Source of the DNA: Antedon mediterranea | Lineage: Eukaryota; Animalia; Echinodermata | Length of the DNA: 64,000 nt | Direction: 5' to 3' | NCBI RefSeq assembly: GCF_964355755.1 | Contig: NC_092679.1 | Location: forward strand, 154,201 to 218,200 | Shown: in pieces, positions 48,806 through 63,498 of the stretch | Layout of the letters: every line of letters begins with the position of its first letter | Numbering within the stretch: the stretch's first letter is position 1 | Made by a program: the position numbers and the translations under genes | The notes under the pieces: generated by a model | Seen by the model: only the letters and a program-made list of their open reading frames with translations | Told to the model about the DNA's origin: nothing | Databases searched by the model: none

Positions 48806-50774
48806 TTTGTCTTATAATAGTAGGGAATTGAACGTTATTCGTTTGTTGTGACAGACACCTGCCGCAGACCATTATAACAGGTGAAATACCATCCGGGATA
48901 TCCTCATACATACCAGGTAGGCCAATTAATTGTTTCTTCGTGTGTTCATTGGTGGAGCATTGTAATACAAAGAACTGCAAGGTAAAATATTGTACGGTAG
49001 GTAGGGTGAATGATTGCTGTTGTTTATTCAAGTCGATGTGTTATGATAATTTAGTGAACTGCACGTCAGGTGTTCCAGGTAAGTCCATTTAATTAGAAGT
49101 TTTTCTCCAAATTTACTTTTATCGTCTAGGTTGGATCATGGAGGTATCTAATTTTATACCTCTATGGTTGGATTAATAAAGATTAGCAAACATTATGTAA
49201 CCAGCCGACGCGTATTTGACCACACGACTCTTTGACACGCTTATCCCGATGGCCTATTTCTAATGTTTGTATTTGAATTTTGATGCGTCTATTTAACAGT
49301 TATGCTGAATGGAATGTTTTTTTTATGGACTTAAGCTTCGCAAATAAATCATAGCATTGTTATTAATTTAAAATGGTGTATTTGTAACCACACTACAATA
49401 TGAAACACATTTGTATCAATCTTCACGCTCTGTCAAACATGATGATCTATTCGAAAGAGCTCATCGCTAATGGACGGATTTTCAAGGTGAAACAATAGAG
49501 GAATCAGAAGACATGTTCAATTTATTCGTCATACTTCTCGGCACAGATTTATACCAACAAAATGACAGTACTCAGCGAACCGTGACCAAGAAACTGGTGC
49601 AATCTAATAACCAATATCTAACACTTATTTTTATGTTATTAATAAACGATGGTGTTCTCTATAGGACGTCTATACTTAATCTTAATCTTTCTAACAATTA
49701 TGATAATATTTTGCTTTGTTGGTGTATCATTTATATTATTAAAATTGTTCATGGTTAGTCTTATATTTATTTATTTATATTATTATTATTATTATTTAAT
49801 AATGATTTATGAATAGTAGGCCTACTGTTCGAAATAAATTCGAAACATATAAATTTAAAAGAAATATTAATTGCGGCCATGAGAGACAAGTTACATAAAA
49901 TATATTAATTAATAAAACCTGATTATAAAAAAAATTTATAATAGATGAAATTAATATACATCATTTAGTTAGATAATATTCATATAATATATATGATATA
50001 TATATATATATTTGAAATAGAATTTTGAAAAAATTGTCTACGAATTTAAAACTTTTTAAAACGTTCTTTTTTTCTGAATTTGATGATTGGGCTAAAGTAT
50101 AATTAATAGATTATTCAACAATCTTAGGTGAGGCCTATAGTCGAGTGAATAATAAATAACACATCGACTGTATACAAATAATATTATTAAATATTGTAGA
50201 ACAGAAAATCATAATTTGTTTTATCAAATGTATTGTTTGATGGTTTATTAAGGCAAATGGATTATTTTACGACCATAAGAAATAGGCCATATTGCCACCG
50301 TCCAGCCAGCTCATAAAAATGTCTTAGAAAACAAATGGATGACGGCTTAATGAACAATAATGATATACATTGAAAAGAATATTCAAGTAGCTTCTAGCAA
50401 CAAGACAGGTGTTATCACACAAAATTGAAATCCGCATTTATACAGCTTTCTTTAAATATCTAATATCAAAACTGTGTTAAAACAAATATCTGAACCATTC
50501 ATCATTAGACAAGTTTTAGGGATATTATAGAGGGCGGTTTTTTAAAAACCATAATAGAGTTCGTGACTTTGGGAGTTGACATAGTTCTTCCGATGGTTTT
50601 AAAACTCTGATTGTAATTTAGTAAGTTTAATACGCAAATTGAGTTATGTTTGTCAACAGGTAATTGTAACTAATTCTATAATGTTTTTCTCCCTTTTATC
50701 TTGATTCATTGGTTATCTTTTTTGTTTGATCTTACTACTATTGTCAACCGTCTGCCAGATAAATTCCCAATATG

Positions 50775-50990
50775 GACACCACACTTACTGTATATTTCAG
50801 TAAGACATTGTGAGTCTTCGCTTGCTACTGACACTACACTTACTGTATATTTCAGTAAGACATTGTGAGTCTTCGCTTGCTACTGACACCACACTTACTG
50901 TATATTTCAGTAAGACATTGTGAGTCTTCGCTTGCTATGGACACCACACTTACTGTATATTTCAGTAAGACATTGTGAGTCTTCGCTTGC
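50775..50990. repeat. 55-bp tandem repeat x4
   Basis: Unit gacaccacacttactgtatatttcagtaagacattgtgagtcttcgcttgctact. Confidence 0.95.
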
Positions 50991-51507
50991 ATTGAATGTT
51001 TTAGTAAACAAAATTGATTAAAAAAAACATACGTTGAGAATCCTTCAATGTCTCAGCAGTTAAATAACATTTTTTTTAAATATCTGAGGTTTAATATTAA
51101 TTTCTAAGGGCCTATGGCCTATCGAAACAGATAAAACATCGACAAATTTGTTAGTGATTCCGAAGCTATGGATTTTGATAGGGTATTAACTTAAGTTTAA
51201 GACCAGAACTTATTCATGTTTCCATATATTGTAACGTATATATATACTGTAATACATATAAAAGAATCAAATTAATAATAAATTACATTTTCTCTGAGGT
51301 CCGTTAGAATTTCCTTATTATAGAGGCCTACGTAAAAATACAACTCGCCATTATACACGTGACTCAACCCCCAAAGTCTGAGAGTATAATTTGTTGCACT
51401 CTCCTTAATGTTAAGTTTCATACTAAATGTAGGCCTAGTATAATTGCAATCATATAAGAATATTATCAAAGAATGTCCATGTGTTGTTGAAATAGCAATG
51501 TAGAATT

Positions 51508-51569
51508 ATGAATGTTCCGCCGCCGAGACACTGGCCAGAACAAACAGCGCTGGAATCTACGACGTTTTT
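51508..51569 (+). other. Candidate alternative first coding exon (MNVPPPRHWPEQTALESTTF-, phase 2)
   Basis: GC-rich ATG-initiated stretch ending at a donor-like tt|gtgagt. No homology recognised. Confidence 0.3.
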
Positions 51570-52879
51570 GTGAGTAACTTTTGATTTTATATATAATATC
51601 TTAATTTGAAAAATTATAATAAAGTTAATTTAAAAGTAATATGAAATTCTGTTTTATTTCGTCGAATATTCTACTCATTACAAATTGTATTGGAGTAATC
51701 ATAAATTTCGAATGATAATTTATCTTTTATTAGTGTCTACTGTGTAGTAATTACAGAATACACAGTTATAACTTATAACATTCTACATTTTTAAACTATA
51801 TGCAATATCATAGATAATTTAATTCCAAATCATAATCATTTTTGATAAAAAATCTGTTATTCACCGCTAAATTGAAAGAAATAAATATTTATATAAATAA
51901 AACCATTTAATGATAAAGACACATATTCCAAACGAACGGTCACCATGACTAATGGGAGAGGGGTTATTTTTTCATGGAAGTCACTAAAATGCTCTTTATA
52001 TCAACTTAGATACTGGGCATAAGATTTAGATTTAATTTGATTATTCATATTCATATAAAGATTGTGTATTTACAATATTATATTACTATTCCGAAAAGAA
52101 ATATTGTTGTTTATCGTGGGCTTGTCCCACTTTTATTGTCATATATACCATGGAGGTATTTTTTACCTTCAAGTATATGCTGATATGTATAGTATTATTA
52201 ATACATACAATACTTCTTATTATTCTTTATAGTAACATCTTTCACATGGTAGGCCTATTCATTGGATTAAATACATTTATGTACTTTATATACATATTAA
52301 CAATTTTAAAAATAAACCACCTTTTCTCCATTTAAATGTTTTAGAAACTTATTAAAATTATAAAATGGCAAGACAAGATAAGGGGAAAAAAGTGATTAAA
52401 ATTGTTGCATCTAATGTTGATACTTTTGTTTTCAAGTATTGTCTTGAAAGAGTTGATATCAACACGTTCTTATCACTTATAATGACACATCAATCTGCTA
52501 ATATGAGAAACAATTGACGGAGATCTCATTCGTAATATCATAATAAATAGGGGTACGGTACCCCATAACCCGCCATTGATCGCAATAATATACTTTTGTG
52601 TATCGAAATATTTAGTCACCCGGTTTAAAACTTTACTAAAATTGAATGGTGGTTTAATTGTTTATTATTATTTAATGTCCGGTAATTAAAAAGTAAACTT
52701 TATTATATTTCTTTATATAATTAATAAAACACAAAAAAACGTACATTTGGAGAAGGCATTCGTTAAAAAAAAATTACGAAAGCCTAAATGAAAACATTAT
52801 AGCCTAAGTGAACACATTTCTATAAAACAAAATAGAATCTATAAAACTATAACATGTACCATTTTGGACCTACGTAATT

Positions 52880-52953
52880 GTTAAGTTGTCATTGGTTAAA
52901 ACGCTTGCGTTGCGTTTACGTCCTTGCGTTACGTTCTAGTGGGAACCAAGCTT
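52880..52953. mobile_element. MITE family B terminal fragment
   Basis: cgcttgcgttgcgtttacgtccttgcgttacgttctagtgggaaccaagct|TAA. Confidence 0.55.
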
Positions 52954-55414
52954 AATACGGGCCTATTTTTACACAAGTTGTTTTTTAATAACTATAATTC
53001 ACAGTTTTTCATAAAAAATTGATGGTTTAGAATCAAATTAACATATTATTACAAAATTTACATTTAAAATGCTGAAACGATAAAGTGTCTGACTTTTTCT
53101 GATTACTAATTTAATAAAACAAAACTTTGAAGAGTTGTTTCTTAATGTTTTATGACTCAGTAATGTATTTAATGTATATAACGTTTGTATATTCTAAAGA
53201 TAATAAATATCAATTTATAGCTTTACCTAGCTCTAATACATTAATTTGTTGATGCATTTATTTGTGTCATTTACACCCGTTAAGTTATTCATTCATTCCA
53301 CTATATGTAGTCATGACACTTATCATTGCTTTAATCCATTACTTAATTTATAGTATATTTATTCAGTATATCAGGAATGTTTAAGAATGTTATAACAAAA
53401 TATGAATTTGTGATCGAATTAACCAACCTACAGATAACTAGGCCCTTATAATTATAAATTAACCCGAAAACAAGGTATCAGTAGACACCGTAATTAATAG
53501 CTATTATTAAGTTTCGTCACGTAGCATTAAGTAATGCTGATTATATTTATTGTCGATTAATTCATTTAATTGCAACAAATAATGTATGATTACATTTACG
53601 TATGTATATCATCGATTCATTTATTGATCATAAAAAGACCCATTACTTATTCCTATTGGTCATATATCATCTATTATTGTGAATGTTACGTCAAAACGCG
53701 CTAATTAACTTTATATATTAGACAAAGCATGTGAAATTAGTTGAATATTTTTTAAATATGTTGAGAATAAATTAGAATAATAAGATGTCATAAAAGTAGC
53801 GAAATTGATGGTAATGAGTAAATCGCGATTCATCCCTACAGCAGAAAACACGTTTCATCAAACTTCAACAAATATTGAGCGAATGCTATTTATTAAACAA
53901 AGGCAATTGAATCATTACGATATCAACGTTCAAAATAACATCACATAGCCTAGCAAAACTCGGAAATTTACACACTAACAAAACGCCCGTGTTGACGCGT
54001 GAAACTCCGGAGTTTTTCAGGCGATGTGAAAGAGGTATTACACTCTTTCGGCACCGGTATAATTCGAACTTTAAAAAAAACAATTTGAGGTCATGACCTC
54101 ACTGCGCGAAAACCGACTATCAAACACAAAGCTTTCAAAAAGAACAAATTACGTTTTCATTCTATCGATAAAGGTCCGATGATGCTAAAACTAACTTGCT
54201 TTAACAAAAAACAATACGGGTTAAAAACGGGATAGATTGGCTATCACGGAAGAGTAAAAATGTAACTCTTCCCTGGCATGATGAATGGTAGGCCTACATA
54301 ATGCGGTAAGAAGCAGGTACCTTAATGGTGTTCACTCCTCCACACCTATCAATAATTTCCAAACCTGGCAATAATTACATGAATTTCAATGTCCAAAATG
54401 TATTCATGTAAGGGAATACAAAGAGACGTATAGCAATAACTAAGTTCAACTGTATGATGACTTGAGTTGATTGTGATACTTTTGGTTTTGTTCGCATCGC
54501 CCTCCGATCAACCCGGCCTGGTTTGCGTTGAACCTGTTTGACGACAGAATCGCAGTCACCGTCACGCTATCCATCTTCCAATTCATTGTATTATGTACCT
54601 TCTAATAATCAGGGAAGACAACAAAATTATATGTTGACTAAAGAAGAGAGAATGACAATTTTCCCATGCATTGATTTTCAGTTTAACTTTATTGCGTGTA
54701 TCCAATCTTTTGACCACACATCATTATAATACATTAGTTTTTTTAGGTAAAACGTAGGCCGCAAACATTCTACTCACCACTCTCAAACTTTTTTAAAGAA
54801 GTACAATGTATGTTCATCGGTCGTAATAAGTATATAACCTGTACGTTCATTTCTCTCTCATGTTTCGGCAAGACTACCATTTACATCATTTTTCTATTTC
54901 TTTCCAAGTGTTGATTCCTTATATCATATCCTTCAGTTCGTGGGCTATGGTGGTGTGTGTTACATGCGTGTTTGAAAGTAACAGCTGACGTACCTTGATG
55001 AGTTTGATAAAAGTACAACGTGATACACGTTTGGTAATTTATGAGATTAAAATAAAATATTGGGGTAACGATGAAGAGCGTCACATAGAAATAGAAAAAA
55101 AATGAACAGATTTTGACCTAATTTATCATGACCTTGTGAAAAAAGAAGAGGTTAGACCATAAAGTAAATCAAAATTGTAAAAATGACGAAGAAAAATAAA
55201 TAAGAATTGATTAATAGGTATCTCTCAACTGGACATCAACTGGACATCCACGCAATGGTTCTAAACCAAAATGACGTAGGAACTTCCATTAAAGTCCGTG
55301 GTATTACAGTACCAAGAATATTGACTTAATTATAAAGCGTGAAAAACATGCCGTATTAGAGTGCGGACCACTTAATTATTGAATGTGTACCATTAATTAA
55401 TACATGGTGTTTCG

Positions 55415-55735
55415 CTTTCCTACTCGGATTTAAAACATTTTCCGACCTGTACGTCCGGAGAGACAAAAACCACATAACACGTACATTTTGGCATCAACAT
55501 CTTAACCACAGTCACCACGTCACCATAATAGCCTAAATGGTCAAGTTAGCTGCGCGCAATACTTTGGTACATGATACATGTCTTGTTTTCCTACTAGGCC
55601 TACAATTTTTTTTTTTCGACGTGTGCGGAGAGACAAAAACCACAGAACAAAACAACAAAACAGTTCATTTGTAGGGCCTACACGACGTCACCATAAAGGG
55701 CTAATAGTCAAGTTAGCTGCGCGTGTAATACTTTC
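55415..55735. repeat. Diverged local duplication (~170 bp x2)
   Basis: tttcctact.gg..cggagagacaaaaaccaca..cgtcaccataa..gtcaagttagctgcgcg occurs twice. Confidence 0.75.
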
Positions 55736-57809
55736 GAAAAATACTTTTATCAGATTCAAAGTTTAACTTTTTTACATAGATATTGTTTTGTTTCACCTTT
55801 GGCATCAAGAAATTGGCTGTTATTGATTTTTTTCATTTTCTGAAAACTAAATTACTTTTTGTAAACTTGTAACATTTAGATAGCAGAATATAGACATTAA
55901 TCTCTAAGAGGCACTGAAAGAAAAGCATAGATACAGAGTAGGCCTTCTATCATTTTAAAATGGATATTTTATGTTGTTTTATTTCGTTTACACCCACCTA
56001 CATTTATTTCATAGTAAATTGAAGAAGAACTCATAAAAGTTATTTTGCATATGGTTCTTATTTCATTTATTACCTAGTGATTGTCAACATTGATTACTGC
56101 AAAATGATAGCATTCATGTCATTAGTGTTTGGTAGAATGATAACTGACAGATGACAAGTTGAATTAGTGTACATTATGTATCTAAGATATTTCGCAAAGC
56201 TACGCTCCTGGGTGTGAGGAAATAAAAACGAAATGAAACGCATCATAAAGTAATGCACAGGCTTTTGATGTCCAATTAACGTGGAATAAATTTCGGGTGT
56301 AATCCTTTATTCAGAATAACTAGCCGATGTCTGTCGATCGCCTCAGCGTTGAGCTTACGTTCTTATAATGAACATTTAAATTCAAAGTAAAAAAATATGT
56401 ATAATATACAGTGCAGTGTTTTCCGAAAGCTTGACATTGTTCATATCATTTTGATTTAGCTTTGTGACCAACTATTAGTTACTTAGAACATTGTCCGATT
56501 ATTGTTTGTTTTGTTGGGTTTTTTTGGGTTTTTTTTTTGCAGTAATTTAATTATTTCAATTAGGGAGGCCTACTAGATTATTATAGTTTTAATTATGTAG
56601 GCCTATATCAATAAATATATCAGTGTATATATATATATAGCAATTCTTTCTTTTTTTATGCATTTATATTACAAACAATATAAAAAATTAATAATTAAAG
56701 AATTTAACGCCCCGAAATTAAATTAAATAAAGTGACTAAAGTCGGTCACGTCGTCACAATGTCACGCTAGAAATTGAATATTTGATCGGTAGTATAGAAG
56801 ACTATGAATGGTGACTGGACTATTATTCATTTATAGTGTTGACATCTGGCTACACTAAGCATCATTAAAGTTTAAATAAAAGATGAGAAATCTCATTCAA
56901 TTTTAAATATTTAGATAGAAACCTGCATAGAATACATGTTCAGCAAAATCAATTAAATACAACGAGGTCTGCGTATTCAATTCAATAACTTCCATCTTTG
57001 CTGTACATCATCTGGAACCAAATATATTGTAAAATGATTTATCAATAACAAACCAATTTTACTATGTAAATAGTGCAATTTGAATGATACTTTTAAAAAC
57101 TGACTTAATGGAAAGATGAATGATAAAACTTTATGGCTAACAACTTATATATTTTAGTTTGGTCCGAGCATAGCTGAAATGAAACACTGAAATAACGAGT
57201 GTGTAAAAATAAAAGAAATCTGAAAGATTAATATACATGTCAATCCAGTGTCATCATCCATATACAATCTCACTCACCACATAGATCTGTGTATTCATTT
57301 GCTTAAAAAATAAGGGATAAATAAGAGATAATACTTAAAGATAAATTTGAATGTATGTGATACGAAAGTAAGACACAAAAAAGCAAAACATCGTTTGCTA
57401 CCAAAATGTGAATTTCCTGTTAAGACCTCCTCAACACGTTGCTTGCCTCGTTTCATACCAATGGCTGTTTAATAATTGTACTCTTAGATTGATGTTGAAA
57501 ACAATATTTGTTTTTCTTTTCCTTAATTTTCTTGGATTTGAGTTCTTTGAAAGCCAAAACTGAACTTCAAAAGGATCGATCTGGGCCTCCGCTGTTAAAT
57601 AAAGTTGAATTGAATAGAGAGACGGTTAAGGGAGACCCTCTCCTGTTGCCCTATCACTGTTTATTTTTATTATAACGTCGTATAATAGTAGACCATGTCA
57701 ATATATTACAATACTGTATGCCTAATATAATGGCCAACCCTATTTTAAGATTCCTTATTAATGTGTGTATTTTTGATATAGGTCCAATTGATATTGATTC
57801 AAATAAAAA

Positions 57810-59405
57810 ACAGATGGATGGTTTTTGTCGTGTTTGTTTGCTTACCCCCTAGTTTAACAGATGGATGGTTTTTGTCGTGTTTGTTTGCTTACCCCCTATT
57901 TTGACAGATGGATGGTTGTTGTCGTGTTTGTTTGCTTACCCCCTATTTTGACAGATGGATGGTTGTTGTCGTGTTTGTTTGCTTACCCCCTATTTTGACA
58001 GATGGATGGTTTTTGTCGTGTTTGTTTGCTTACCCCTATTTTAACAGATGGATGGTTTTTGTCGTGTTTGTTTGCTTACCCCCTATTTTAACAGATGGAT
58101 GGTTTTTGTCGTGTTTGTTTGCTTACCCCCTATTTTGACAGATGGATGGTTTTTGTCGTGTTTGTTTGCTTACCCCCTATTTTGACAGATGGATGGTTTT
58201 TGTCGTGTTTGTTTGCTTACCCCCTATTTTGACAGATGGATGGTTTTTGTCGTGTTTGTTTGCTTACCCCCTATTTTGACAGATGGATGGTTTTTGTCGT
58301 GTTTGTTTGCTTACCCCCTATTTTGACAGATGGATGGTTTTTGTCGTGTTTGTTTGCTTACCCCCTATTTTAACAGATGGATGGTTTTTGTCGTGTTTGT
58401 TTGCTTACCCCCTATTTTAACAGATGGATGGTTTTTGTCGTGTTTGTTTGCTTACCCCCTATTTTGACAGATGGATGGTTTTTGTCGTGTTTGTTTGCTT
58501 ACCCCCTATTTTAACAGATGGATGGTTTTTGTCGTGTTTGTTTGCTTACCCCCTATTTTGACAGATGGATGGTTTTTGTCGTGTTTGTTTGCTTACCCCC
58601 TATTTTGACAGATGGATGGTTTTTGTCGTGTTTGTTTGCTTACCCCCTATTTTAACAGATGGATGGTTTTTGTCGTGTTTGTTTGCTTACCCCCTATTTT
58701 AACAGATGGATGGTTTTTGTCGTGTTTGTTTGCTTACCCCCTATTTTAACAGATGGATGGTTTTTGTCGTGTTTGTTTGCTTACCCCCTATTTTGACAGA
58801 TGGATGGTTTTTGTCGTGTTTGTTTGCTTACCCCCTATTTTAACAGATGGATGGTTTTTGTCGTGTTTGTTTGCTTACCCCCTATTTTAACAGATGGATG
58901 GTTTTTGTCGTGTTTGTTTGCTTATCCCCTATGTTAACAGATGGATGGTTTTTGTCGTGTTTGTTTGCTTACCCCCTATTTTAACAGATGGATGGTTTTT
59001 GTCGTGTTTGTTTGCTTACCCCCTATTTTAACAGATGGATGGTTTTTGTCGTGTTTGTTTGCTTATCCCCTATGTTAACAGATGGATGGTTTTTGTCGTG
59101 TTTGTTTGCTTACCCCCTATGTTAACAGATGGATGGTTTTTGTCGTGTTTGTTTGCTTACCCCCTATTTTAACAGATGGATGGTTTTTGTCGTGTTTGTT
59201 TGCTTACCCCCTATTTTAACAGATGGATGGTTTTTGTCGTGTTTGTTTGCTTACCCCCTATTTTAACAGATGGATGGTTTTTGTCGTGTTTGTTTGCTTA
59301 CCCCCTATTTTAACAGATGGATGGTTTTTGTCGTGTTTGTTTGCTTACCCCCTATTTTAACAGATGGATGGTTTTTGTCGTGTTTGTTTGCTTACCCCCT
59401 ATTTT
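57810..59405. repeat. 47-bp minisatellite x~34
   Basis: Unit acagatggatggtttttgtcgtgtttgtttgcttaccccctatttta/g. Confidence 0.98.
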
Positions 59406-59819
59406 TTTTTATGACACATAACTATAAAGCAAACATAATGAATTAAGGATTAAAACATAATAACGAGTTAATAACAAGTACAATTTTAAGGCATGGTCAA
59501 CAACATCCATCACAAAATTGTGATAGATAAACAAAAATGATAAGGCCAAATTGTACTGAATGAAAAGGAAGGTAGAGTGGAATACCTGGTGGTGCAATAT
59601 AGATATAAATACATTATTGTGGAAAGAATAAAGTAAGTGCCGTATTGAAGTTGTTTAAACTATTACTATAACAATATCAGAAAACGCTATTAGAAATATT
59701 GTATGTTAGGCCTAAATTTGTATTAGTTATCAACAAATTTTATTTTTTAAATTTATTTTATGTTAGACTCGAACCACAGAGCCGTTGCTAGGCCAGAAAG
59801 CAAGTGTTTCAAAATCAAC

Positions 59820-60585
59820 TTGCTACACAATATCATGATTAGCCAGGCGTTGATGACGCGAAGCCTTTAATGCCGGTTCGGATTGGTGAATAATACCGAA
59901 GACCTACTCAACGCTTATCAGCCAATAGCGACCCAAAGATACACATGAAAACCAATGGATTTATTTCAAATAGACCCGAGTCGAATGAAAGATATCTATC
60001 CAGTGTCTTACTCAAAGGCTCGTTTTTTTTTGCTAAACAAGGATTTATCACCAATAATATCGACAAATCTGCACAGCTATGTGAATCTTAAAGCCTGTTG
60101 TATGTGTCGTAAGAGTATGACAATTATTTGGACTCGAATCGTGAGTGTGTGAACTTGGCTCGGTTGTCGGAAACGCTGCTGCCCACAACATCGACGACGT
60201 GCAACTGTCTTCTCTATTGTTTTCTCCACAAAAGCTTATTGGATAACGTGTTACGCGTGTTATGTATTTGGTTCTCGTTGTTTTAAATGAGCGCATTTTG
60301 GCGGGAAAATAATCAACACTTGTGTTGATGTTATCTGCTTTACACTAGGAGCTACAGAAATCTGAATATTTTATTATTGCATCTGTTGTACTTTTGAAAT
60401 AAATTAAAATGTAGAATTGGACACTGTGTTATGTAAATACCATACTGGTGTGGCACTTACAATTAGTATAATGTCACAAACTTTTAAAAGTATCAAGATT
60501 AAGCTGATTAGATGATACAGGCTTGTAACTACATGCTATCCGACTTTATCACACTGCCTCCTCCATCTATACTCAAAATGTACAG
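59820..60585 (+). promoter_or_regulatory. CpG-rich promoter and candidate first exon of a downstream gene (possible ORF start MIQACNYMLSDFITLPPPSILKMY-, 60512-60585)
   Basis: Several CCAAT boxes (~59882, 59922, 60051), tgacgc, a CpG-rich leader and donor cag|gtaatt at 60585. Confidence 0.35.
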
Positions 60586-63182
60586 GTAATTATGATTTTT
60601 TAATTAATAACACCTTTAAAGACCGTTTGGTGGACACAACCTGCATTGACAACCGTTGATACCCTGGTGAAACTATTGAAAACTATTGTGCAGAGACATT
60701 CTTAAAAGCATTTACTTAAAAGATTTACACATACTGCATTGAATTAGTGGGTTTTTTAATCGAATTTAGGATCAAAATAAATGTTATTGTGTATTTGTGA
60801 CAATTTAAAATTAAACTAAATAGTAATGCTAAGTTAATTTGTTTTTAATCATATTTTGTACATGTCTGATTTCCATCCTAAAATACTCGTTCCCAACATT
60901 CTTTTTGATAAAAACACAAAAACATAAGTGAATACAAATTTAGCAAACTATTATTATGATACGCATTTAGGTTTATATTTTTGTTCATTTAATTTGTAAC
61001 ATAATACGTAAGCAAAGTTGACAGTGGCATTTAAACATTAATTACCGTACTTTTTCTTTAAATTGTATTATATGAATAATATAACCATCTTTCTCTTTCG
61101 GATTAATACATTTCTTTCAATTTCCAATCTGAACTTTTACATTTGTTATACACTATACGCACTGACGTTTTACGAGGGAAGAGTAAAATTATAAAATGCA
61201 TATAGCAATTAAAAGAAATTAATCTGGTTCTATTGAAATATATATATATATTTATATATATGTACAGTATATATAAATTGTTTACCTATTGTCTTTAATT
61301 TTCGAATATGCCAAAAGTATTTACATTCCAAAATATTCAAGCAAAAAAGCACTGAATGTGTATAAAGTTAAACTCATCCTACAAACACAGGCTCAATGGT
61401 ATTGCATATCAGGACACAATTACGAATGATGGACACCTGTATACGATTAAATAAACTTAATAAAATATAAATTAACATTACTTGACAAACATGGCTTTCT
61501 AAACTAAAGAAGGTAACCTATTACGTTAGCACATAACGTTCTTCCAATCACTCGTCTCGACTTACTATACAATAATACGCTATTAAACACTTACATATGG
61601 TTAGGTACTAATTTGTATACTGTAGTTACAAAGTGAATAAAGTAGGCCTACATTATTAAGATCAATATATATAATGACATTTTGTATATAATAGAGTGAA
61701 ATAGCTATGTAATTGTGATAGAAAGTAGGTCATAAATGGAAGGCTAAACATGACAGCACGTAGTATATCAGCCTACCACATGTGAATATCAAATAGGCGG
61801 TGGTTGTTGGCTTTCGGCTGCTGCAGTATTTTAGCTAATACTACAAAGATTTTGCATTCGGTTCTCACACAGGCAACATGTAACTTGTCTCTCTCACAAT
61901 TCATGTTCGTCTTTTAATCGTATTACTCTGTGATATATCATTATGTTTGTATATGGAGTTTTCAAACCATCGTTGATATTTTGTATTGTGGATATTTTTA
62001 TGTTCGAAGCATAACGTAAGTTTCTTTATATTAATTCATTTTTTATGAATGTAGGCCTCTGTATATAAATAAAGATAGAAGTACAATGCTGCAGGTTTAT
62101 TTTACATTTTACAATGGTCAAATTAAATCGTGTTTGCTGTTTCTTTTTTTATAGACCTTAACAAAGGTAGAGTGAACATTAATGTTAACAGCGATAACAA
62201 CATTCATCATGACTGTCTGGGTAATGCTTCGTTAGTAGAACGTTGATAACATTTATCAGTTTATGTACACTTAGTCTGGGCTTAAGGTCAAGTTAGTACT
62301 CTATGTTTGTCTTAGCACACAGAGGCACATGTATATTTTAATGTATGTATAGACAAAATGACATACCAGGTCATGGTTCAAATCCTAACAAACCACTCCT
62401 ATTAACTGCTGTACCACAGTGGTTCATCATTTGGTATTTTCGTCTTATCTATTTGTTTTGTTACCATGGTAGCCAAAATGATATTAAAAAAAGGTTGAAC
62501 ACAATATGCATTACATTTATATATTACATGATTTAATGTTAAAACGTATAAGATGACATTGTTGAAAGTCAGGACCGTTCACAAAAACAACGTTTTGCTT
62601 GCCACTTGACCACGGTGAGGCCGTTTACATCCGGAACTGCACGACTCCTAAACGGAAAGTGTGTCAGGGGGTTCATTTGTTGATCCTAGGTTAGAAGGTT
62701 ACAGGAATAGTCTAGACGTAGAATGCAATCTAGTGTTATTTTATGTCTACTGGCTGGTCTTAACAATCCATATTATTCATAAAGATGTTTATGCAATATC
62801 ACAGTGAGTTTAGGCTTACTTAAGACAATGGCTGGAGCTGGATTCTGTATTACGCAAAGCAATACATTGTTTTACAATATGCTTGTTCAAAATAAAAATA
62901 TGTTGTATTTGTATTTTCAATTCGATTGGAAAGTAATGGTCACATGTATCCAAACTGTTACTTTGATTGGTCAAAATACTTGCGTGCGCGTACGCATTAG
63001 TGTTGCGTCATAAGTGGGGTCCAAACCTATAGGAAAGTGATTATGTTCAGTGACAATTTTACCTTTGTGTGTGACAATCCCATACATCACTATAATCATT
63101 AGTTAGAGTATATAAAATAATAGATAAATATTGTTTACCGAAATGTTTGTTCAGAATCTTGGTGTAACTGTTATAGTATAGG

Positions 63183-63498
63183 TTGAGTCCATTTACCAAT
63201 GTTTATACCAAACCTTGTAATATTACAAATACGTTATAGTATATGAGTCCATTTACCAATGTTCATACCAAACCTTGTAATATTACAAATACGTTGAGTC
63301 CATTTACCAATGTTCATACCAAACCTTGTAATATTACAAATACGTTGAGTCCATTTACCAATATTCATACCAAACCTTGTAATATTACAAATAGGTTGAG
63401 TCCATTTACCAATGTTCATACCGAACCTTGTAATATTACAAATACGTTGAGTCCATTTACCAATGTTCATACCACACCTTGTAATATTACAAATACGT
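63183..63498. repeat. 51-bp minisatellite x~6
   Basis: Unit ttgagtccatttaccaatgttcataccaaaccttgtaatattacaaatacg. Confidence 0.96.
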
